Below, one piece after another: positions 8,591 through 14,718 of a DNA stretch of 40,860 bases. Origin of the DNA: Minisyncoccota bacterium (GTDB lineage Bacteria; Patescibacteriota; Minisyncoccia; Phycocordibacterales; JBAZVT01). A model generated the notes under the pieces. That model saw only the letters and a program-made list of their open reading frames with translations, made no database searches and was not told the origin of the DNA. A program made the translations under genes and the position numbers. Location of the stretch: positions 1 through 40,860 of the forward strand of contig JBAZVT010000004.1 of assembly GCA_041660745.1 (NCBI GenBank), read 5' to 3'. Within the stretch, counting starts at the first letter, position 1. Every line of letters begins with the position of its first letter.

Positions 8591-9990
8591 ATGAAGAAAT
8601 CTTTAATTATTAAATAGGAAAAATAGATGTAGAACATTGCAGTAAGCCCGAGCATGCATGACATGAAGATACTTGGACGTGCATACCTCGGCAAAAAACG
8701 ATTATTAGCATACAGTAATATCGGCGTATATATTGCCATTGTTACCCCACCAAGAACAGAACTGATAAGAAGAAAGCCGAGGGGCTGATTGAACGGTACC
8801 AATATTGCTGCGACTAAAATAAAGCATGTCATAAGCCCGTAATACAAATGATGGACCGAGATAGGTTCCAACCAATGGAACATTTTAACAAGTGGTCCAA
8901 CGCGAGAGTTAGTATGAATAATATCTGTAACCATTCTTGTTAGAGCATCAAACACAGTCCACATAACAGAAAAGAGCATAAGATATGCCATAACAAGATA
9001 AATTTTTTCTCCCCAAATTCCCCACTCTGACCCAAAAATAGCTGCTTGTGCCACCGCAACGTGGGTACCTTCTGGAATAATGCCCTGTGGTGCCAGTACG
9101 ACTTGAGCATTTGCAGCAAGAAGAACCATTGAGATCAAACCTGTAAACCAAAAGATAACAACCTGATCAATACGCATAAAACGCATCCATCCATGCCAAT
9201 TTTTCATATTTTCAGGTGTATGCTCAAACGTAAACGAAGAAACGGCAATCGCTTCGTGTTTTCCTGTAACAGGATTTTCTATTCTCCCCACATACGCACC
9301 CATACCCGCCTGCTTGTCTCGATACCACAAACTAACACAGAGATTCAACATTCCACCCGCACCGGAAAAAACGACGGCACCAAGGAGAACTTTCATATCA
9401 ATACCCTCTGGTATCCACCCAAAATTAATCAAACCTTTAAACACATCCACAAGGTGGTTGCCTCCAAGTGTTTGAGTGCTAATAGCTATCAACATGAGGA
9501 GAAATAGCGGCACTATGATTTTAAGACTCCTTTCAAGCATTACGTATGCCACCTTCCCCTTTAAAGTAAGCAGTAGAACAAGACCAAGAGATATCCATGA
9601 CCACATCACATAACTTCCAAAACCAAATAATTCAGTAAGAATTGTTCCGAGAGCAGTTGCCCACCCTGGCCACACATACAGCAATACCGCTGATAGAAGC
9701 CAAAATATCGGAGACCACTTTAACACTCTGCCAGATGTCGTAAAAAAACTTTCCCCCGTAGCGAGTGAATGTCGAGCAACTTCATGGTTGATAATTAGTT
9801 GAAGTGTAATACCGACAAGCGCAAGCCATAAAATCCCTAGACCATACTTTACTACTAAGTGAGGCCACATGATAAGTTCTCCAGTTCCCATTGCCATTCC
9901 CATGACAACAATACCAACACCAATGGCAGTCCAGAGACGCGGGGCTGGGGGAAAATTTCTTTTTTCATGTGTTGGATATTGAGAATTCAT
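8587..9990 (-). CDS. Nramp-superfamily-like membrane transporter (divergent; lacks the DPGN and MPH metal-site motifs)
   Basis: Start trimmed to MNSQYP (ATG 9990). About 11 TM segments. GTGELIMWP...YGLGILWLALVGITLQLIINHEVARHSLATGESF parallels the Nramp TM1-TM2 block (GPG...DPGN...FGY.LLW....Q..ARLG..TG). Confidence 0.6.
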   Translation of the reverse strand: MNSQYPTHEKRNFPPAPRLWTAIGVGIVVMGMAMGTGELIMWPHLVVKYGLGILWLALVGITLQLIINHEVARHSLATGESFFTTSGRVLKWSPIFWLLSAVLLYVWPGWATALGTILTELFGFGSYVMWSWISLGLVLLLTLKGKVAYVMLERSLKIIVPLFLLMLIAISTQTLGGNHLVDVFKGLINFGWIPEGIDMKVLLGAVVFSGAGGMLNLCVSLWYRDKQAGMGAYVGRIENPVTGKHEAIAVSSFTFEHTPENMKNWHGWMRFMRIDQVVIFWFTGLISMVLLAANAQVVLAPQGIIPEGTHVAVAQAAIFGSEWGIWGEKIYLVMAYLMLFSVMWTVFDALTRMVTDIIHTNSRVGPLVKMFHWLEPISVHHLYYGLMTCFILVAAILVPFNQPLGFLLISSVLGGVTMAIYTPILLYANNRFLPRYARPSIFMSCMLGLTAMFYIYFSYLIIKDFFI

Positions 9991-10111
9991 ATTTTTAATT
10001 ATATCAGATTTTACTGGAAAAAAAATAATAATTCTGCTAGACTGTCTCATAGTTGGGCGGTTAACTGTTTTGGCTGATAACATCAAATTGGTACTTTTTA
10101 AAATAGATAAT

Positions 10112-10184
10112 GGGCGGTTAGCTCAGTTGGTAGAGCGCAACATTGACGTTGTTGATGTCAGAGGTTCGAATCCTCTACCGCCCA
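10112..10184 (+). tRNA. tRNA-Val (anticodon GAC), no encoded CCA
   Basis: Manual cloverleaf: gggcggt/accgccc acceptor, gctc/gagc D stem, caaca-ttGACgt-tgttg anticodon arm, agagg-ttcgaat-cctct T arm. 73 nt. Confidence 0.93.
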
Positions 10185-10223
10185 CAGAAAAAATCCCCTC
10201 TAGGGGATTTTTTGCTGGGCGGT
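10177..10223 (+). terminator. tRNA-Val trailer hairpin/terminator whose stem reaches into the acceptor 3' strand
   Basis: aaaaaatcccc (10188-10198) pairs with ggggatttttt (10203-10213). The outer pair is accgccca (10177-10184) with tgggcggt (10216-10223). Confidence 0.7.
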
Positions 10224-10248
10224 AAAAAATCTCCAGGGGAGATTTTGT

Positions 10249-10339
10249 GAGGATTCGAAAGCCGGAGCGCGACGGCGCGAGGCGGGGTCGCGAGATTTTT
10301 CAGTAGAAAAATACTCGTGACCGAATCCTTTACCCCCGC
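10249..10339 (+). ncRNA. Candidate structured RNA module in the tRNA-Val trailer (three-way junction closed by an anti-T / T-prime stem)
   Basis: gaggattcgaa (10249-10259) is the reverse complement of the tRNA-Val T-loop plus 3' T-stem. Hairpins at 10262-10285 and 10287-10321. cgaatcct (10322-10329) pairs with aggattcg (10250-10257). A G.T pair in the long hairpin is legal only on the + strand. Confidence 0.4.
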
Positions 10340-10433
10340 GGATAACCACAGTAAGTGATACTCCGAGCGTTTCTACCCCTTTGCAACTCTCATGTAAAAA
10401 ATTGCACCTTCCCAGGTATCACCCCACTGGCGT

Positions 10434-10547
10434 CACCACAGGAGTACTTCTATTTCCCTAATTCGTAAAACTCATAAGGGAAATAAGTTGCACCACAAGA
10501 GTACTTCTATTTCCCTAATTCGTAAAACTCATAAGGGAAATAAGTTG
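10434..10547 (+). repeat. Tandem direct repeat, 2 x 57 nt (56/57 identical), each unit a bulged hairpin
   Basis: Unit caccaca[g/a]gagtacttctatttccctaattcgtaaaactcataagggaaataagttg at 10434-10490 and 10491-10547. Internal stem tatttccct/agggaaata. Confidence 0.95.
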
Positions 10548-10643
10548 TACACAGTTTTCACTTGCAGTTCATGAAGACCAGCGTAAAATTATTATTAGGT
10601 CAGTACCACTTCGCTTCTTTCACTTTTAGCAGGGAGGATGGTC

Positions 10644-10937
10644 ATGTCACAACAGCAAGTCCGTGACACCCGAGGTAAGTTCCTCATCGTAGGCGTCTCC
10701 GGGCACAGCCTGAAGGAACTCAATGAAAGGCCGGATGTTATCATCTGGAAAAGTGATAAGAATACTCGAACGCAGAAACGAGTAGTCCCTTCATCGGTCC
10801 AGGTGATTATTGCTACAAAGACTCTCAGTCACGATGCATTCATACAGCTCAGAAAGGAGGCTCGACGAATCAAGGCAAGTTTTGACTTCATGTCAACCGG
10901 CCGCATCCGGGAAACTTTGGCGGGCTTCGGCGTTTGA
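10644..10937 (+). CDS. Hypothetical small protein (97 aa), G+C-rich; weak resemblance to DUF2325-type proteins
   Basis: GGGAGG lies 6 nt before the second ATG (10644), and a terminator follows. The pattern FLIVGVSG...VIIATKTLSHDAF...K resembles DUF2325 from memory only. Confidence 0.5.
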   Translation: MSQQQVRDTRGKFLIVGVSGHSLKELNERPDVIIWKSDKNTRTQKRVVPSSVQVIIATKTLSHDAFIQLRKEARRIKASFDFMSTGRIRETLAGFGV

Positions 10938-10955
10938 AAAGTGCATGGGAAGAAT

Positions 10956-10993
10956 GGGGCTCGCACCGTGCGGACCCCTCTTTTTTTATTTTT
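10956..10993 (+). terminator. Terminator after the small ORF (overlaps the 3' end of the convergent DUF1653 gene)
   Basis: ggggctcgcac...gtgcggacccc imperfect GC stem followed by tctttttttattttt. Confidence 0.6.
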
Positions 10994-11219
10994 CTCTCAC
11001 CCACTGAAATCTCTCAACCTTCTTTCCCTCAATTAAAACCTCCTCAGTAAACATTGCCGCCGGACGTACCCAGATTGCATCTTTACCAAAATCAGAAGAT
11101 TCGTAAAGTGCCCGATACACTACCAACTCTTCCAAAGTCTCACTGTGATGTGCAGTTCCAACTAGTTCATATTCCTTTCCACTTTTAGAATGTTTGTAAA
11201 TTCCTTTTTTAAGTTCCAT
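10986..11219 (-). CDS. DUF1653 domain protein
   Basis: Start trimmed to MELKKGIYKHSKSGKEYELVG. HSETLEELVVYRALY....WVRP..MF matches the DUF1653 core. Confidence 0.8.
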   Translation of the reverse strand: MELKKGIYKHSKSGKEYELVGTAHHSETLEELVVYRALYESSDFGKDAIWVRPAAMFTEEVLIEGKKVERFQWVREK

Positions 11220-11226
11220 ATATTTT

Positions 11227-11781
11227 TTACTCAAACCTATCAAATGTTAACCACCGCATTGTTCCCATCGGTATGTGATAAATATTCTCAAGCACATATC
11301 GAGCGTCCTCAAACATTACTTTAGTCCACTCAAAACCGAGCGATTCTGTAAACTCCTTTAGCGCGTCATGCGAAGGTCCTTCAAATTCTACATATGTTGG
11401 AACTCTAGGCCACGTATCAATATCAATAACAAATTTCCCCAAAGTTAACTTGTGACGTTTCTTTTGCTGTCTTCTATAGGCGACATAGCCCAACTTTTCT
11501 AACAACAAAACTCCTTTCTCAAGATCCCCCACAACAAACTCAATTTCTTGTGCGCCATCCAGCACATTTGACGCGTGCTCTTTATAGGTAATTTTTACTA
11601 TATCACCTGATTTTCGAAGTCTAATAAAACGTCGCTGGTTAATCCACGTAAGTTCCTTGTCATACAAAATAACTTCTTCAAGCACCACCTCACCGTGATC
11701 AACAGCTCCTTGTGCAAGAAGTTTCTGTACAAGGTCACCTTTGTTTATTTCTAAAAAACGCACTTCGGTTTCTTTTTCCAT
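11227..11781 (-). CDS. CYTH-domain protein (triphosphate tunnel metalloenzyme / class IV adenylate cyclase-like)
   Basis: Start trimmed to MEKETEVRFLEI (the EXEXK-like N-terminus of CYTH), 184 aa. The longer ORF extension overlaps the NDK-like gene and is rejected. Confidence 0.75.
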   Translation of the reverse strand: MEKETEVRFLEINKGDLVQKLLAQGAVDHGEVVLEEVILYDKELTWINQRRFIRLRKSGDIVKITYKEHASNVLDGAQEIEFVVGDLEKGVLLLEKLGYVAYRRQQKKRHKLTLGKFVIDIDTWPRVPTYVEFEGPSHDALKEFTESLGFEWTKVMFEDARYVLENIYHIPMGTMRWLTFDRFE

Positions 11782-11787
11782 AAGGAA

Positions 11788-11796
11788 ATAATAGCA
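11788..11796 (-). promoter_or_regulatory. Extended -10 (TGCTATTAT) 6 nt upstream of the CYTH ATG; possible leaderless transcript
   Basis: - strand reads tgctattat-ttcctt-ATG, with no SD. Confidence 0.3.
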
Positions 11797-11820
11797 CAAA
11801 AAAAAGGGCGCGGGACCCTT
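11797..11820 (-). terminator. Weak terminator after the NDK-like gene
   Basis: - strand aaggg-tcccgcg-ccctt followed by T8; the stem is only 5 bp. Confidence 0.4.
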
Positions 11821-12277
11821 AACGAATAAGTCCCAGCACCTTAGCGATCTGCAAATGTCGTACCGCTTCCTCTTCATCTCTCGGTCGATGGATAACGTTA
11901 GGATGATACCAAACAGGTCGTCCATCAGACCAACCAACAACCCTAGACAGCTCATCTCCGAACCGTCCTCGGATTGTCTTATAAGGACATTGTGCAGGGT
12001 TGATGTTGCGCCCACACACGGTAACGAGTTTGTGGACCGCGTCATTGCCCTCCACAATTCCGACCTCACACTCCTTTCCAGCCATATGATCGAGGATTGC
12101 ATCCCAGAGACATGTTGGCGTAGAAATGGGATAGAGAGCTCTCAGCTCACTCTCAGTAAGCCTGACAGTCACTTCATCAACAATGTTAAGGCCGGAAAGC
12201 ATTAACATGTCCCGTATCGCCTCACGCCGAGACAACCATTCGGGCTTGATGATATACATACTTTTTCGTGATGGCAT
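11819..12277 (-). CDS. ndk: Nucleoside diphosphate kinase-like protein (divergent)
   Basis: YIIKPEW (~ IKPD), IRGRFG (~ IRGDF), NVIHRP with the catalytic His (~ N.IHGSD). ATG at 12277 preceded by AGGAAGG. Confidence 0.7.
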   Translation of the reverse strand: MPSRKSMYIIKPEWLSRREAIRDMLMLSGLNIVDEVTVRLTESELRALYPISTPTCLWDAILDHMAGKECEVGIVEGNDAVHKLVTVCGRNINPAQCPYKTIRGRFGDELSRVVGWSDGRPVWYHPNVIHRPRDEEEAVRHLQIAKVLGLIR

Positions 12278-12299
12278 TTTCACCTTCCTTTCTATTCTT

Positions 12300-12328
12300 A
12301 TTATAGCATTTTATATAAAGAATGTCAA
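12300..12328 (-). promoter_or_regulatory. Consensus sigma70 promoter of the NDK-like gene
   Basis: - strand TTGACA (12323-12328), 17 nt, TATAAT (12300-12305) with TGC extension. Confidence 0.65.
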
Positions 12329-12340
12329 AAAATTTTACTT

Positions 12341-12374
12341 AAAAATTACCCCACCAGTCTCCTAACTGGCGGGG
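12341..12374 (-). terminator. Terminator after the PurM-like gene
   Basis: - strand ccccgccagt pairs with actggtgggg (one G.T), followed by taattttt. Confidence 0.65.
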
Positions 12375-12397
12375 CTTGTATTTGACCTGCGGTTTGA

Positions 12398-13522
12398 TCA
12401 TCGGACCTTGAGAGTGTCACCTTCGAACGTAATACCGAGCGGCAAGATCTCGACAGCCTTCATCTCGGCCCCTTCAACACGGCCGGCATTTATAGCACCG
12501 AAACCATATGAACCAGAATTCAAAACATCGAACAACTTCTTGACATGCTGCTGTGGAACCATGAGACAGTATCCGGCGCCCATATTGAAGGTGCCATACA
12601 TATCCTTGTCGCTCATGGCCTGGCCGATCGTACTGGGTGCGCAGTTCTTGATAAAATTGAAGACAGGCTGCGGTCGTGGAAGCTTGTCGATCACATACCG
12701 ATATGGGTGTTTGTCGCGCATGATTTTCCGGAAACCATGCCCGGTAATGTTGACCGCGTAGTGAATATCCACACCAGCCCTCAGGCAATCCTCCACAAAC
12801 CCACAATAAATTGGCGTGGGATCAAGGAGGGACTCACCAAAGGTTCTACCGTCAGAAAGCTCGGACCTGTACCCATGCGCCTTGCCGATTTTCCTTGCTA
12901 GGGTTAATCCATTGGCGTGAATTCCGGTGCCCTCCAATAAGATGATTGCATCACCGTGTGAAAGAGTCCAGGGATTGATAATCAGCTCGCCCAACGAGAC
13001 ACCGACGGCCGATCCAGAAAGCAGAGAAGCCCCCGGAATGATGATGTCGAGCAGTGTGGGAGTCTCACCACCAGTCCAACCAGCACGAGCCATCTCACAG
13101 GCCTTTGCCCAGCCTTCAATGAGATCGCTTACACGTTGGTCGTCTTTAAACCAACTGCTGTCGCCGACAGCAAGATGCATCTGAACAGAGATCGGAAAGA
13201 TGCCCAGCGTCGTCAGATCGTTTACAGCCATAGCCACCGCATCTTGAGCAATCTGATCGTAATACGTCTTGCCCGACGAACGCAGCGCGTCCGCGACGAG
13301 ATTCTTCGTACCCAGACCCTCTTCCACGTGGCCAAGCCGAAACTGCTTGTCGATGCGGAATTCATATGCGCTTTCACCGCGCGACGCTTCAACGGGTTCA
13401 ATAAACGGGAAACGCGTGACGGCGGACATTGTTCTTGCTGCCCGCTTTTGGCAGGCAACCTTGAAAGGATCCATAGAACTGTAATCGACGCCAGCCAACT
13501 CATAAGCACTCTTCTGGGGCAT
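12398..13522 (-). CDS. purM: PurM-family (AIR synthase-related) protein
   Basis: Colinear PurM blocks: YELAGVDY ~ YKDAGVDI, EEGLGTKNL ~ TDGVGTKL, AVAMAVNDL ~ LVAMCVNDL, GGETP ~ GGETA, GIHANGLTLARK ~ GPHSNGYSLVRK, NITGHGF ~ HLTGGGF, MYGTFNMGAG ~ MYRTFNCGVG. ATG at 13522 follows GGAGGG. Confidence 0.8.
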   Translation of the reverse strand: MPQKSAYELAGVDYSSMDPFKVACQKRAARTMSAVTRFPFIEPVEASRGESAYEFRIDKQFRLGHVEEGLGTKNLVADALRSSGKTYYDQIAQDAVAMAVNDLTTLGIFPISVQMHLAVGDSSWFKDDQRVSDLIEGWAKACEMARAGWTGGETPTLLDIIIPGASLLSGSAVGVSLGELIINPWTLSHGDAIILLEGTGIHANGLTLARKIGKAHGYRSELSDGRTFGESLLDPTPIYCGFVEDCLRAGVDIHYAVNITGHGFRKIMRDKHPYRYVIDKLPRPQPVFNFIKNCAPSTIGQAMSDKDMYGTFNMGAGYCLMVPQQHVKKLFDVLNSGSYGFGAINAGRVEGAEMKAVEILPLGITFEGDTLKVR

Positions 13523-13645
13523 AATGCCCTCCTTCAAAAAGAAACCTGAGTCAAAACAGTAAAGAACACTAAACTCATACTACTTAAATATACCGAAAAA
13601 ACAAGCTAAACTTTGGTTTAATTAAAAAAATAAAATTGAAAAACA

Positions 13646-13674
13646 TTGACATAAAATACTGCTCCAGCTATATT
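13646..13674 (+). promoter_or_regulatory. Near-consensus sigma70 promoter of the adenylate kinase-like gene
   Basis: TTGACA (13646-13651), 17 nt, TATATT (13669-13674). Confidence 0.6.
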
Positions 13675-13727
13675 AACGGCTGGTTCTTTTTCAAATTCAG
13701 TCATTTTTTAGAGAGGCGGGCGGGACA

Positions 13728-14366
13728 ATGCCAATAGCATTAAGTATTATCGGCCCTCAAGGGTCGGGTAAGTCAACCCAACTGGAAATACTCCGAGCGC
13801 TCGGTTATGCCGCGATAGACATGAGTCAGGTGTTGAGTCCATCAGGATTCATCGCCTGGACAATGAGCTGGATCACGAGATTCAGCGAAAAAGGTCGTAA
13901 GCATGCACGAATAAAGCGCTGCATGAAAAAGGGATTGCTTGTGCCGGACGAAGATGTCCTGCAAATCCTTGAAGAGTATTTGAGCAAAATCCCCGCCGGC
14001 AAAAATCTAGTCTTTGTCGGCATGCCACGCAACGCCACACAAGCTCAGTACCTCGAGGCGCTTCTTCGGAAACGAGGGGTTACCCTTTATTACGTCATCC
14101 TTGAGATGCCAGAAGATGTCGCCCGCGAACGCATTGCCAAACGCGTTGAAGAAATGCGTGCAAAAGGTGAGGAACCGCGTGAGGATGACCTTGATCCGGA
14201 GACAGTCTCCAGGCGCTTAAGGAAATACTACGAGAACCTCGCCCTGATCAAGAAACACATCGCGTCTACCAACACTTCTTTCGGTAGCATAGACGCCCTG
14301 CTTTCTAAAAAAGAAGTAGCTCGAAGAATTTCGGAATTCATTCGCCCATTCTCCCTAGCTGCCTAA
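13728..14366 (+). CDS. adk: Adenylate kinase-family nucleoside monophosphate kinase (divergent)
   Basis: P-loop GPQGSGKSTQ, GLLVPDEDV, GMPRNATQA (~ DGFPRT..QA), short LID region, R.DD..E.V..RL..Y. Confidence 0.72.
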   Translation: MPIALSIIGPQGSGKSTQLEILRALGYAAIDMSQVLSPSGFIAWTMSWITRFSEKGRKHARIKRCMKKGLLVPDEDVLQILEEYLSKIPAGKNLVFVGMPRNATQAQYLEALLRKRGVTLYYVILEMPEDVARERIAKRVEEMRAKGEEPREDDLDPETVSRRLRKYYENLALIKKHIASTNTSFGSIDALLSKKEVARRISEFIRPFSLAA

Positions 14367-14391
14367 TGCACTGAACAACAAAATCATTAAT

Positions 14392-14420
14392 GCGACCCTT
14401 GGAAAAGGTCGCGTTTTTTT
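14392..14420 (+). terminator. Terminator after the adk-like gene
   Basis: gcgacc (14392-14397) pairs with ggtcgc (14407-14412), followed by gttttttt. Confidence 0.7.
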
Positions 14421-14543
14421 ATGCATAAATTTTCACAGGGAATAACTGTTGCTACTCGACCAGTACAGGTTTCCCATTTTTTCAGATTCAGAAATCATCA
14501 AAAACACGGGAGAACCTTTTCGATTCTGCGTGGGGACTACAAA

Positions 14544-14640
14544 TACCCAATGGGGAATCTCTCCTTACAGGAGCGGTACACCTCTTCCATTTTCTGTTCG
14601 GAACAACTCCAGAAAATTATCAGAGGTCTTCGATTCCCCG
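14544..14640 (-). ncRNA. Candidate structured RNA module in the tRNA-Glu trailer (junction closed by an anti-T / T-prime stem)
   Basis: - strand cggggaatcgaa (plus coordinates 14629-14640) is the reverse complement of the tRNA-Glu T-loop plus 3' T-stem. Hairpins at 14580-14627 and 14561-14573. gattcccc (14552-14559) closes the junction. Confidence 0.4.
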
Positions 14641-14664
14641 ACGCAACATTTTCCAAATGTTGCT

Positions 14665-14718
14665 TGAGGTCACAAAATAAAAACCGCCCAAAAGAGCAGT
14701 TTTTATTTTGTGACCTCA
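14665..14718 (-). terminator. tRNA-Glu trailer hairpin/terminator: 19-bp perfect inverted repeat that includes the acceptor 3' strand
   Basis: tgaggtcacaaaataaaaa (14665-14683) pairs with tttttattttgtgacctca (14700-14718); the right arm overlaps the tRNA 3' end. Confidence 0.7.

Noticed and set aside
10250-10329. Hammerhead-type ribozyme (three helices around a junction containing cGAAAg)
   Set aside because: The CUGAUGA core strand is absent and two of the three junction strands are 0-2 nt long, so the hammerhead catalytic core cannot form.
10216-10340. Second tRNA gene or tmRNA 5' domain (gggcggt ... ggattcgaa resembles a tRNA or ssrA start)
   Set aside because: No cloverleaf can be drawn, and there is no T arm followed by an acceptor 3' strand or CCA. 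No tag-like reading frame ends in a hydrophobic tail. The similarities are explained as reverse-complement copies of the tRNA-Val 3' end.
10434-10547. Possible CRISPR array (two identical 57-nt repeats)
   Set aside because: The two units are directly adjacent with no spacer, there are only two copies, and no cas genes are in the window. It is a tandem duplication, not a CRISPR array.
11782-12102. N-terminal extension of the CYTH ORF (291-aa version, 11227-12102)
   Set aside because: The extension overlaps the NDK-like gene in another frame and crosses its terminator. The CYTH homology begins at MEKETEVRFLEI (ATG 11781).
12408-13549. Several 85-137-aa ORFs on both strands within 12.4-13.5 kb
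   Set aside because: All overlap the PurM-like frame, which has clear family-wide motif matches. High G+C inflates spurious ORF length.
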